DNA of 64,000 nt, taken from positions 186,001 through 250,000 of the forward strand of contig QPMI01000133.1 in assembly GCA_004431415.1 (NCBI GenBank), read 5' to 3'. The notes beneath the pieces are model-generated. The model had not been told where the DNA came from. It did not search any database and saw nothing but the letters and a program-made list of their open reading frames with translations. Position 1 is the stretch's first letter; every line of letters begins with the position of its first letter. The position numbers and the translations under genes were made by a program. This stretch comes from Cyanophora paradoxa CCMP329 (Eukaryota > Plantae > Glaucophyta). Shown here one piece after another: positions 17,864-29,534 of this stretch.

Positions 17864-18691
17864 ATGGCTGCCCCAGTTGAGAGAATTATTACACCCCAAC
17901 TATCATTAGCAGCACCTGCAAATCACGTTTTGCAGCATGCTACCTTTGATGATGTGGAAGGTCTCCAATCAACAGAAGTCCAACCTACAATGAATACCTT
18001 TGGTTCCACCCACAAACTGAGATTGCAGGAACTCAGGTGTGATAAAAATAATGGTATAGTTAAGACAACGAAACTCCTTGTCACCAATGCAAAGTTTTCT
18101 GCACATTATGGAGACCCAGACAGTTATGGTGATCCTCTTTCTACTTATTCTTTTGAATCTCGGTCGGGAGCTATTAACTGCAAAACGGGGGGAGCATATA
18201 TTGGTGATGGTCTTCGGATTGGTGGAGCTGTGGGTGCGCCTCTTTTCGTAAATGATCAACCCAACCCCATTGATCCCAACACCAGAATTCGCACCTATGT
18301 CCCCAGTATGAATGCACCATATATTATAAAGATCTTCCCAATTGTTGTGAATGAACAGACATCAGTAGTTGATTCTCTTGTTGAGATTGGTGACCACTAC
18401 AAGGTGGTCGTGGATATTCCACCAGATGTTTATGCTGTCTGTCAAGTAGAGGGTGGAACCCCAAATATTGCAGTTGTGATCACCCCATATGACAATTTCG
18501 GAATCGCTTATCATGGAGTGAATTTCGGTCTTGAAGATTACCAGTTCTTGGTGAGAGCCACCAGATTTGGTATCTACAAATGCATTCTCTATGCTGAGAG
18601 AACCGATGCTATTGCAAGACAGAATACATATGCAGAGTATTACGGCACAAATCGATACTTCCCCATTTTCGGGCAGGATACTGCTCCATAG
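17864..18691 (+). CDS. Fibre-family paralogue with shared N-terminus and alternative C-terminal domain
   Basis: LRLQELRCDKNNGIVKTTKLLVTN..TGGAYIGDG. C-terminus (RIRTYVP..NFGIAY..GIYKCILYAERTD) is homologous to that of ORF 16986. Confidence 0.75.
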   Translation: MAAPVERIITPQLSLAAPANHVLQHATFDDVEGLQSTEVQPTMNTFGSTHKLRLQELRCDKNNGIVKTTKLLVTNAKFSAHYGDPDSYGDPLSTYSFESRSGAINCKTGGAYIGDGLRIGGAVGAPLFVNDQPNPIDPNTRIRTYVPSMNAPYIIKIFPIVVNEQTSVVDSLVEIGDHYKVVVDIPPDVYAVCQVEGGTPNIAVVITPYDNFGIAYHGVNFGLEDYQFLVRATRFGIYKCILYAERTDAIARQNTYAEYYGTNRYFPIFGQDTAP

Positions 18692-18716
18692 AAATCTCAG
18701 GTATATATAGAGAGGG

Positions 18717-18989
18717 ATGGATGATAAAACAAAGAAATTCATAGAATCTGCAATGATGGTTCATGGTGATGCTAAATTCGATTATAGTGAGACAGTCTAT
18801 AAGAAAGCGCAAGAGAAGGTCTCTGTTAGATGCCTCAAATGCAACAAGATCCTCCAAACCTACCCATTTAATCATGTAAGGGGAAGTGGATGCAGAGAGT
18901 GCAACAAGAAATCCTCTCATGCTTACAGAAAAAAGACTACATCAGGAATTGTTATAGATGATAAACCAGTGGTATTATATTTCGATTAG
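18717..18989 (+). CDS. Stand-alone zinc-ribbon domain of the HGDKYDYS type (DUF723-like)
   Basis: FIESAMMVHGDAKFDYSETVY..VSVRCLKC..PFNHVRGSGCREC resembles the repeat module found on giant-virus and phage endonucleases. No nuclease domain is attached. Confidence 0.7.
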   Translation: MDDKTKKFIESAMMVHGDAKFDYSETVYKKAQEKVSVRCLKCNKILQTYPFNHVRGSGCRECNKKSSHAYRKKTTSGIVIDDKPVVLYFD

Positions 18990-19135
18990 ATCTTTGAGAG
19001 AGAAATGAGAATCTTTCCCCATTTTCCCTTGGTGATTATGCATGTGTCAAAACAGTTTGGACAGGTCTTGTGGTAGTGCAGCAGAATGATATCCACCAAC
19101 TCATAAGGTAGCACTCTTGCTAAGATGGTTCGCAT
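18986..19135 (-). CDS. 49-aa ORF with an F-box-like start (not in ORF track)
   Basis: MRTILARVLPYELVDIILLHYHKTCPNCFDTC...SKI* fills the gap between neighbouring genes. Confidence 0.4.
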   Translation of the reverse strand: MRTILARVLPYELVDIILLHYHKTCPNCFDTCIITKGKWGKILISLSKI

Positions 19136-19175
19136 TCTACCAATCGCGTTTTTAATTTTTCTAAATTATTCATAA

Positions 19176-19577
19176 ATGAATACTCATCGAGGCTTCCATG
19201 TGATGCTGGATTACAAATTCAGAACCCAATTAGCAGTAGGAGTGGAAAACTTGGAGACAACAACCAGGTGGTTAATGCAGTTCTTGCAAACTATTATTCA
19301 AGAGCAAGGTATTCGAGTAGTTCACAAGCATTGCGAGATTTTCGATGGTGGTATTTCTCCTCCTGGTTTTGCAATGGTTCTTCTGCTGGATGAGAGCCAC
19401 TGCACTGCTCACTGTTACTCAAATGAAGGTATGTTGGCGATTGATATATTCAGTTGTGGATTAGAAGCAGAGAGAAAAACCACGAGAGTATCTCATGAGA
19501 TAGATGAGAGAATAACAGGTGTGTTTTCAGGGTTGGAGAAATCGGAGAAACATAGAGTATTGCGATTTCCGAGTTAG
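19176..19577 (+). CDS. speD: Prokaryotic-type pyruvoyl-dependent S-adenosylmethionine decarboxylase family proenzyme
   Basis: GFHVMLD, PPGFAMVLLLDESHCTAHCY (E/SH self-cleavage site) and AIDIFSCG. 133 aa. Confidence 0.88.
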   Translation: MNTHRGFHVMLDYKFRTQLAVGVENLETTTRWLMQFLQTIIQEQGIRVVHKHCEIFDGGISPPGFAMVLLLDESHCTAHCYSNEGMLAIDIFSCGLEAERKTTRVSHEIDERITGVFSGLEKSEKHRVLRFPS

Positions 19578-19609
19578 TTGACACTGAGAAATTCAGAATT
19601 TCAGATGGT

Positions 19610-20092
19610 CTTACTGAAAATGGTCAGATAATCGGGTGTGACACCTATTTAATTGACTGTGACGCCTCTTTAATTGACTGTGACGCCTGTGACGCCTGTG
19701 ACGCCTACTTTCAAACTTTTTAAAATTTTCAAAAATTACAGACTTCTGAAAACAGCCGTCACAGCCGTCACAGGCGTCACACCCAATTAACAATGGAATC
19801 TCTTTCTCTTACTGAGATTTTCGAGAATATATTCTTGTCTTACTGAAATCCGTCTTGTGACACCTCTGACACCTACAAAACACTATCCATTAATCAACCT
19901 TTTTGAAAATGCGAAGTTGGCTTACTGGAAATGGTCTGCAATTTCGCTGTGACACCTAATTTAATTGAGTGTGACGCCTGTGACGCCTGTGACACCTACT
20001 TTCAAACTTTTTAAAATTTTCAAAAATGACAGACTTCTGAAAACAGGCGTCACAGCCGTCACAGGCGTCACAGACATTCCACCCCTCTTACT
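19610..20092. repeat. Two copies of a roughly 180-bp unit with inverted 9-bp iteron triplets around an AT-rich core
   Basis: (TGTGACGCC)x3, A/T tract, (GSCGTCACA)x3 at about 19610-19790 and about 19921-20092. Confidence 0.9.
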
Positions 20093-20186
20093 GACTTTCT
20101 CAAAAACAAAACTATCTCTTACTGAATATCATTTGAATACTACCTGTCACACTTGATCTCAATTATTCTGTTTTATAGAACATATG

Positions 20187-20443
20187 CAATCTAATCGATT
20201 GTTCAATTGGAGACCATGCAACTCTGTGACACTTTTTTCAATCTAAAATATACATCCGCAATCCCATCGATTGTTCAATTGGACATAATGCAGTTCCGAT
20301 ATATTCCAATAGAAAATCCCGCAATCTAATCGATTGTTTAATTGGAGATAATGCAACTCTGTGACAGTTTTTGGGTGCAAAAATGCAAATCAGCAATCTC
20401 ATCGATTGTTCAATTGGACACAATGCAACTCTGTGACACTTTT
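20187..20443. repeat. Four tandem units of about 63-72 bp near the right end of the viral region
   Basis: GCAATC..ATCGATTGTT(C/T)AATTGGA....ATGCA at about 20187, 20258, 20321 and 20393. Confidence 0.88.
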
Positions 20444-20829
20444 TGCGTTTTTCGATACAGAATGGGCGGTGGTCTACTTCAATACAAGAGAGATATATCG
20501 AGTTTATGCGAATTTATGCAATTTAATCGCGATTATATCGATCTTTAAGTAGTTTAATGCAAATTAATCGCAGTTATATATGTAATCGACAAAGAACATA
20601 ATCAATCGATATAAGATCAATTGATTCAATCGTAAATATGCATAAAATTAAACGCGTTTTTCATTTTTAATACAAAGTTTGCATTAATTTATACAAAGTT
20701 TGCATAAAAAGTTAAAGAATTTAATCGATAAATACGTATTTTAGTATTAATTTTGACACATATGTATAAACTTATTTAAATCCAGGAGCGAAGCGCGAAG
20801 CGCGGAGCGAGGGAGTTACAGTTAGCTAT

Positions 20830-23800
20830 ATATAGACGGGCGAACTCGAACATCGATATCGACGTCGACCGTCGACACCAGCTGCCGGGCGCGGGCGCAC
20901 GGATCGTGTCGAAAGCGGATGCCGGCTTCTGCGGGAGCCGCTCCCCGAGGCCCTCGATGCAGGCGACGGCGAGGGCGCTGGCGCAGGCGTCGTTCCCGCT
21001 GAAGAACTCCGCGTACGCCCAGTGCCGAAGGGCCACCGAGCGCGTCGCCCGCCACCGTTCGTGGTCGGGCTTCTCGCGATCGCCGTGCGCAGAGTCTCCG
21101 GCGCCGGTCGCTCCGTTTTCGGTCCTGGATTTCCAGGCACTCGCGACGACCGCAGCGGTCGAGTTCGATGGGTGGAGCGCCGCGGGGAGCGGGGCGGAGT
21201 GCGGGCCAGCGAGCCCGAGCGCGTCGATTGTCGCGACAAGCTCGCCGAACAGCCTGGGAGCAAGCGAGCGCTGAGCTCAGAGCTGCTTAATATATATATA
21301 TATTTGGCGGACCGCTTCGCCTCGAGGAGCGCGTTCTTGTGGTTGGCCTGCCTCGCCGCCCCCTCGAGGCACTCGGCGAACCGCATCGGCTCGCCCGCCT
21401 CTCGCCAGTGGACCATGAGGACGGCCGGGTCGTATACGTAGCCCTGGGCCCCGGCCGAGGCCTGCGCCTCGGTCCACACCGCCAGCCTCCGGTGCACGCC
21501 GCGCTTCATCGCGCTCGACATCGTCCCGTAAACGGCGTCGCGCACGAGCGCGTGGAGGAAGACGAAGGGCTTGCCCGGGGCCGGCCAGCCGACGGCAGAG
21601 GCGGATCCGGAGGCCGGACCCTCGGGCTCGTTCGGGTTCCCCGCGTTGCCCTCGGGGGCGGGTTCGTGTCCGAGGCCCGAGCCCGAGGACGCGGAGGCGG
21701 AGGAGAGGCGGGATGTCGCCGCCTGCAAACGAAGGCGTTCGGATTCGCGATCGCGGGGCGCGAGGGGATGGACAGGCCGGCGCGCCGCCTGCAAGTTAAA
21801 CGAAGGCGTTCGCGCACCCCGATGAGCTGGGCCCTGCAGAGCTGACGGAAGGACGCGTGGACGGTGGCGGCGTCGAGGCCGCTGGGGTCGGCCGCGAGGA
21901 CCGCCTCGCACGTGAAGTTGGCGCCGATGACGGACATGATCTTGAGCACCGCCTGAGCCGTGCGCGTACGCGTCGTGAGCTCAAGGAGCGGAAAGCTTAA
22001 AGCATGCGCGATCGCGATCGATGTGGACTTGCCTCTGCGGTGGAGGGCAGCTTGTCGACGCGGGAGAGCACAATTTGCTGGATCTAATGCGGATGCATAT
22101 GCCAATGAGTGGCAGCAAGGTAATAACAAGTGAGCCAATTACAATCAGCATTTAAGGCACCGTGTCGGGCACTTGGAAGGCACCATGGTCGGGATTCGAA
22201 CCCAGCGCCACGCCGCCTCCCGCCGCCTGCACGGTTTCCGCATGCATTGAGCCAAACAACATGCATCTCAATTTGTACACGCGGCTCATGATCACCTGCT
22301 GGCGGCAGAGCTCGACGAGGAAGAGCGGAACGCCAGCCGCCTTGGAGAGCACCAGCTCGACGGCGCCCTGCGCGATCGCCGTCGCGATCGCGGAAAGATG
22401 GAACGTTGCCTCATGATCAGCCACGTAGAACACAATATATATATATATATTGAATATATAGATTTGAAAGGCTCGTAGTTATACAAGCACGCACGTCCGG
22501 CCACGAGAGAGACATGTGATCCGACAGGCTCTGCAAAGCGAGCGCGCGCCCGCGCGGTGGACGTGAATAACTTGGAACCGAACCGAACAACTAGAAGGCC
22601 AACGCGACGCACTGTGAGGAGAGCATGGGCTGCCGCCTCCGACAAAGGCTCGAGCTTCAAGAGCGTCACTTGGCCATGGGTCGGCGCTTTCAGCGGCGGC
22701 AGCTGTAGCGCGATAGTCCGCCGCGAGCCGTCCCGCGCCTTGGAAGGCGTCCGCGCGTGCGCGATCACCTCCGGACCCGCCCCCTCCACCGAGTGCGACT
22801 GGGTAACCGACTGATCGTTCGAGCTGGGATTGAGATACTCGACGTCCACTTCGCTCGGAAGCACGGCTTGGCCGGACAGGATGAGGTACTCTTGGGATGG
22901 GTCGAGTTTCGGCCGTGCAGAGATGACCATCTGCGTTGCACGTTTAATTAGTTTAATTTATAAGACCATACAACGCAATCGCTTTCTCTGGTCCCATTTC
23001 TGTATTTGTTTCTGTATTCCTATTATATCCTCTCGGTCAAGCGAAGCCTCTGAGCTCAACGTTAACCGTTTAATTTGCGATCGCAAGCCTTGGAGCGGTT
23101 CGGAGCAGATGCGCATCCATAAATCAAACCGATTAATTATAAGCGGCGAAGAAGCTCAACCGTTTAATTATAATTAATATATTTGCAATCGCAAGCCTTG
23201 GAGCGGAGCAGCTGCGCATGCAGAAATCAAACACGCGCGCACCAGCAAACGCGGACACGTGTCCCGAAGGCAGCGGACAACAAACCAGCTCGCTGAATCC
23301 ATCCTGCAAACAACACATGTGCGTGAACAACAAAAGGATGCGGCAGAAAGCTTAAGTATAATCACGAACCAGTGGGAGTCCTGAGCAAAACCAACAAATC
23401 GTGATCAGCGCTAGCTGCAGTGCAGCCACAGCAAGCTTAAGATGTTGACTCAAGCGTACGCACCTCCAAAACTAGAGCGATCTTTCTCCTGGACTCAATA
23501 TTCTCGCCTTCAAGCGCATGAAAAAGCCTGCACACGCGCACGCGTCACGTTAAAATCTAATACTAGTGACCCGGCATGCGCATGCTTGGATGAGGCAGAG
23601 CAGCTTGCTTATATACGTAATAAATATATAGTGTAAATTAGGCACCGTGAGAAGGCGCTCGAGATGTGGACAATCAGGCCGACGCCGAACAGGCGCCGCG
23701 TGGATTTCGAAGCATACGCCGAGGCGTCGTTGAACTTGAAGGTGTTCTGCAGAGGACCGCGGGACGTTGTGATCGACCCGTGCATGCTCTGGTAGGAGTG

Positions 23801-26800
23801 CCGCCGCCGCTTGAAGCTGGAGTCCTCGTGATCACCGCTGGCCTCCGCTGCCTGAACTTCCGCCTTATCCTTGACTGTGGAAGACTCTGAGAGTAAGCTG
23901 ATATACATACAGGCCAATATCACGTGCTAAGTAAGCATATGGAGGAATAAAATACATTTGCTGAGGTACTAAAGAAGTAATTACACCTAAAGCTGCTAGA
24001 GCTAGACCTAATTGGAAGTGTAAAGAATTATTTACGGTATCATATAATGCCACGTGACCTGCACCTAAGCGTTTCGTGACTTGCGATTGCGAACCTGACA
24101 GCCCGAAAAGGTTCGTCCACAGGAGTTCGACGTCGTCCGGTGAGACGCGGCAGCGAGCCTGGAGGCTCGACCGGAGTGCCTCCATCGCCGACGTGTCCGC
24201 CACGGAGGAGAGGATGCCCCGCAGCGCCCACAGCGGCGTCGACTCCTGGATATATAGAGCGATGACGCGATTAATTAAACATATATTTCATTGGAACTGG
24301 GCCAACTCGACGCCGAGCGTGCGCGCGCGTGCACGGGCGGACCTCGACGGCTCCGGCGGTGGAGTTCAGGACAAGCACGCCGCGGCCTGTGCAGGCGCGC
24401 TCCAGCTCGCGGAGCAGGCGCGACTTGCCGAACCCGGGGTCGCCCTCCACCACGAGCGTCGAGCCGCTGCCGTGCGCCGCGAGCCGCTCGACCGCCCTCA
24501 TCGCCTGCTCCAGCTCGTATTCCCTTCACATGCGCAGGATCGGATGCGGATTTAACAATGGTATCGATCATCATGGTTATCTCATTACATATTATTATAA
24601 ATGGCATGGTTCGAAGGATCCGGAAAGCTTGTCGCGCGGGCGCACCGTCCGATCAAGGATGCAGGGTGGGTCCCTTGCCCGGCCAATCGCGAATGTCTCA
24701 TCTTGTAAGAAGCGCCGGTCGCGCTTGCTTCCCCCGCCCGAGCACAGTATACCGGAATCGGCTCCGCAAACCCTTTTGCACGCATCGCCGGCATCGCGTC
24801 GAATGAGAAGCCGGCGCCCTGAATTCGAATGCGCAAACCGCGTCAACCGGGTCGGGACATATATCGATTGCAGGTCCGAAGAAGCGAAAATTAAATCAGC
24901 CCTCTACTTTGATTATATGCTGAAGCTTACCGATCGCGGGGACCGTCCGCGCGCCTCGACAGCAGACACGATCGACTCGTCGCAGAGCACCGCCTGCCGA
25001 GGCTTGCAATTGGCCGCCGCCGGCGCCGGCGCCGGCGACGAGGAGGAGATCGTCGTCCGCGCCGTCTGCATCAGGCGCGCCGCCAGGTTCTGTGGGTGGG
25101 ATGTCCACGTGTCATCGCGACCATGAGTGAAGTCGATCCGATATACATCGATTATAAATTAAACGCATGCGATGCATGTACGCGCGCGCGCACCACAGAA
25201 TCGCCTGCGCGCCGGCCGTCGGCACCGGTCGCGACCGAGCGCAGCCGCGCGGGCGGGCGGCGGGCGCACCAATCAGAGCGTACTCCTTGCGACAGGGGGC
25301 GCCAAGCGAGCCGCAGAAGGTCCGCCCCGCCGCGATCTGCCGCGAGGCGCCCGAGATCAGATTGAACGGCTTAATTAAGCTTGCTGAAGCCGCTAAAGCT
25401 TGCTGCACATGTTCATGGGGATAAGGGCTGGCTTTCAATTGCCCCTAAATATAACACAGCCCTACGCCCTTCTGGCTTCTGGCTTGCAGACTCCTTATGT
25501 TTCTCTATGCGCAGCGAATTCGAACGGGCGCGGTCGATCACGAACCCCGCATGCGAAGGGCGACGCGCTCTGCTCGAACCAGGACTGCAGGGCCAGGGCT
25601 GCCCGAACGGCGCGCTCCGCGTCTGCGCTAGCGCTCGGGCGGGATAGTAATTGTGATGAAGGCGCCTTTGTTCGCACCGTCTTCGTGCGCGTAGCCGCCA
25701 GGGAGGCCGAAGGCGACAATTGCGGAAGCCCCCTGCGACATTCTTCTAAGCCGAAGCCTAGAAAACGCCAATGGCGCCGGGATTGGCCTGCGCCTACAGG
25801 CTACAGCTGGCTATATATATGTCGACATCGCACGCGTACGTGTACCCGTGAACAGATTTATAATTAGAATCGATTTTCGCCTCACCTTTTCATCTACCAT
25901 TATCTTGTTGACGCTTCCCCCGAACTCAGCCGCGACGTGATGCACAGACCGCGCGACCTGCGCATGCCGCCTTGATAAGCCGCACACGTCCCGATATGTA
26001 GCCCATATATCCTGGCAATTGCAATGCAAACCTGTCCCCAGTGAGCCGCTTGGTCAGAGTCTGGATCCTTCGGGTTGGATGCATCCTGTTGCAATTGCGG
26101 CGTGCTGAGAGCCCCAGCCGCCGCGACAACATCCAGCTCCGGTATGGAAGCTGCAGCCGAAGCGAATTAAAATTCTATATGATGCCGATTAGCGGCGTAG
26201 TGCGTTAAACAGCTAGCTGACTACAGCGACCCATTAAATGTAAACGTTAACGTTGCGACCCCGATTGCAAATTAATTCAAAAGCGCATGCATGTAACTTA
26301 GTAAGCTCATGATCAGATCAAACTCAAGTGCGATGCGCATGTTACAATGAAAGTTTGGGCGCGCCGCGGCGCACCGAACACGACTCACATTTGAAGTTAA
26401 GAAGATTAAACTCGGATTCGAAGCGCGTGTTTAAGCTTAAAAGCTTTGGCGCGGCGCACCGAATTGAACACGACGAAAACGTTGAAAAATTCAAAGGCGC
26501 ATGAAAGCTAAGATAAGATTAAACTTTTGAAACGCAAGATCGATGCGTTATGTTATGTTAAAGTTGTTAAAGATTTGAAACGATGCGCATGTTAAAGTTT
26601 AATTTGGGCGCGCACCGAACACGACGAAAACGTTGCGGATGTCGCTCGCCCAGAACGCGTGCGCGCCGCCGTCAGCGACGAACGCTGCGGACATTGTACG
26701 CTTAAGCTTAGGCGCAAGATATCGTAATTATATATATGCTTAGAGTTAGCGCAAGTGAGCGATCATGCGCACGCGGTGCGAGCATCAGAATCAGGTCTGC

Positions 26801-28129
26801 GAGCGGCAGCAGAGTCGACGCGGCGCCCGCCGCGCGGTTCTGATGCCACAGAAGTGCCGGCGCTCCGCACTGACATGCGCCTGCGTCTGCTGGAGAAGGC
26901 AGGAGCTCGATCTGCAGCTGCTTGAGGTTCGAATTCTGGCCGAAGTACTTGCTCGTCGAGGGGAATAGCAGCCGGTGGAGCCGTTGTAAGACTTCGGTCT
27001 TGAGCTCGAGCTTTTCACGGGTCATTTCGAACACTTCGCGAGTCAAGATTATGTCGTCGTCCTTCGAAGCCCTCTGAGCCTCGCACACTGCGCGCGCGTG
27101 ATCATGAGGGTTCGAGGCTCAAGTGTACCCTCAATCGTTATTCGAAACGGAGTGTACGCGCCCTGTGCAATAACCTCCCCGGAGAACAGAATCTCCGCTC
27201 CGCGCTCGCTCCCCAGGAGGAAATACATTTCAAGCTCGCCGACGCCAACGCCTGCGCACAGCAACCGTTGAACGCGATCGAAAGCATGCCCAACGGAATT
27301 CTAGACAGAAGATACGAAGAAATCGAAGGCTGGGCCGGCGCTATGGGGCTTACCCGTATGAGCTGTTAGCGTTTGTCCGTTTCGCGCGAAAGATATTGCG
27401 CGGACGGCAATCGCAGCCTCCACGGCTAATACTGCCGCAGTCTGAATCGCAATTGGCGCCCCCGCGCCAGCTGCAGCCCGAATGAAGGCCAGCAGAGCAT
27501 CGCCCGCTACCGGTCATGGCGCGTACGTATGAGTGATTAGAAGCGGGGAACTCGCGCATACGCAGTACTACGGTACAGCCGCAGCTGCAGAATGCATGCC
27601 CGCTCACCGAACTGGATGATCTCCGCCCCGTGTCCATGGAGACGGCTGACGAGCTGCAGGAAATACTCATTCAATGTTGACGCAAGCTGCGCATCAAGTC
27701 ATGATCAATGCTTGTTATCAGTATACGTAACCGTCAATATAGGCGGTTCACCTTCTCCGCGGCGCCTTGCGAGTCGGAGCGCGTCAACTTCCGGGCAAGC
27801 GCGCTGAAGCCAGCCACTGCGCATGCCGTGGTGCAGGTTGGTCACATACACATACACGCATATCGTGTAGAGTGTTAAGAGTGTGTTAGAGTGTTAGGGG
27901 CGCGCATTCAGCATATATATGCATGCATATATGCATATTGCGGATGCTCACCGTCGACGAAGAGAGCGGCGCCATGCAACCGCGCAACCGTGGCCCGCGC
28001 TCCATCGCGCAGCTGCTGCAGCTGCGGGAAGGCGTGCCGGAACAGTCCCGCTGGCAAATACGGCAAAGCTCGGGCGAGGGCGCTCGCCGCGTGCACGTGC
28101 CGCTGCTGGGCGCCCGGGACTGCGTTCAT
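20830..28129 (-). CDS. Host soluble adenylyl cyclase-like gene (two class III cyclase domains, STAND/AAA NTPase, helical region), multi-exon, 3' end unclear
   Basis: Spliced motifs ALFVD|VAGFSAL, IIQF|[42 protein letters not shown], Walker [20 protein letters not shown] and [11 protein letters not shown] give an ADCY10-like architecture. Confidence 0.82.
23919..24071 (-). pseudogene. psaB: Nuclear plastid DNA fragment (NUPT) of psaB
   Basis: AT-rich island translating [51 protein letters not shown], matching photosystem I PsaB. Confidence 0.92.
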
Positions 28130-29534
28130 GATCATGACAATGAAGACTTGTACTGCATCTGCGTACTACTGAAGACCGCACGCGCAGCAGCGCCGCGCCG
28201 CCGCTACGCGCCGCGCTGGAGGCGCCGGCTGGAGCTCGTTCCGAAGTTCGGCGCCGGCACGCGCGCGCTAGCGCTTCCAGTTGCCGCCCCGCCGGCGCCT
28301 ATAGCCTACTAGGCTAAGCTTCAAGGCTTCCCGTTGGACCCGCACACCGTGGCACGTCTAAAGCTCAGGCGCCCCGGCGGCTAGGCCGCCCGGGCTAGCG
28401 TCGCATAGCGATCGAGTCGTATACGTAGGCTCGTAGCGAGTCTACTAGCGACTCGCCGACTCCTCAGGGCCTCGTCGATTCCTCGAGCAGCGTCCGACCG
28501 ACTCCGACGTACGCGTCGTGCTCCCTGAAACCATGCCAGCAGGATGGCAGGCTTTGGCAGCAGCTGCAGCGCTCCCTGCATGCATCGCTTGCTCCCCCGG
28601 AGGCGGGTACTGCAAAATACGCGCTATTCGCAGCCATTGGCCCGATCGCCTGGGAACAATAAAAAAAATTGAAGAAGGCCTCATGATCAATTTTCGCTCA
28701 ACTCACACGCGCGTCACTGTGACGCGTGACGCTCCGCCCGCGAAAAAACGTTTTGCGGTCAAGTCAGCGAGCCAATGGCGTGTTGGGCCCCATGGGATGG
28801 GGGGGGAAATCGGGGAAGGCAAGGGCGAGGATGCATGATGAAAAGCCCCTGCAGCTGTACATGTATATGAGGCTAGTACAGTAGTACTAGTAGTATGAGA
28901 TGGCCTATGCATATGCATGATCGTGCATCATGGCATGATGAAATGAAAGCCTGTAAGCCTTACGTACGCTTATAAAAACTTGAAAGGCGCCGACTGCGGC
29001 CTAGTCGCCGAACCACTCACTCTGCAGGGCCTGTACATCATGGCATGAATTAATAACATGAAATTTAAAGCACTGCGGCAGCCTGCGCATGCGGCGGCAG
29101 GGGCCGCAGGGCTCCCGCGATCAGTGAGTATACGTAGCTAGCATAGTATAGCTAGCTAGTAGTAGGCTACTAGTATACGTAGCTGATATATCCTATAAGG
29201 CTGAAGAGGCCCACACCGTGGCACGTGCACCGGCTGGCCCATGGCCGTATACATCTAGACGGTTTAAATTCGAGATTCTGAGACGGTTCATGATCACTGA
29301 GTCGTGATCCGATCAGAGTCCGATGATCGAGCATGATCCGATGATCGAGCATGATCAGCCGCTGAGCTGCTCGCTGCCAGCGAAGGCGCTGGATCCGCAG
29401 GGTAACGTAGACGTAGTACACGCGTATATACTATGATACGTATAGTTAACGTTGGGGGCGGGGGCGGCCGCGGGGGCGCGGGCCGGGCAGGGTGCTCGAG
29501 TTCAAGTGAGCGGGGGAGATCTAGACGGGGGCGC

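Larger units (their letters stand above)
1..20800. mobile_element. Endogenous Polinton-like virus region, possibly two nested elements; left end lies outside the window
   Basis: Dense, mostly intronless cluster of mCP, MCP, packaging ATPase, rve integrase, pPolB and fibre genes. Much lower GC than the host DNA starting near 20,780-20,830. Right boundary is approximate. Confidence 0.9.

Noticed and set aside
20740-20830. Exact Polinton terminus and target-site duplication
   Set aside because: No clear terminal (AG)n/(AGT)n-type motif, and the other end is outside the window.
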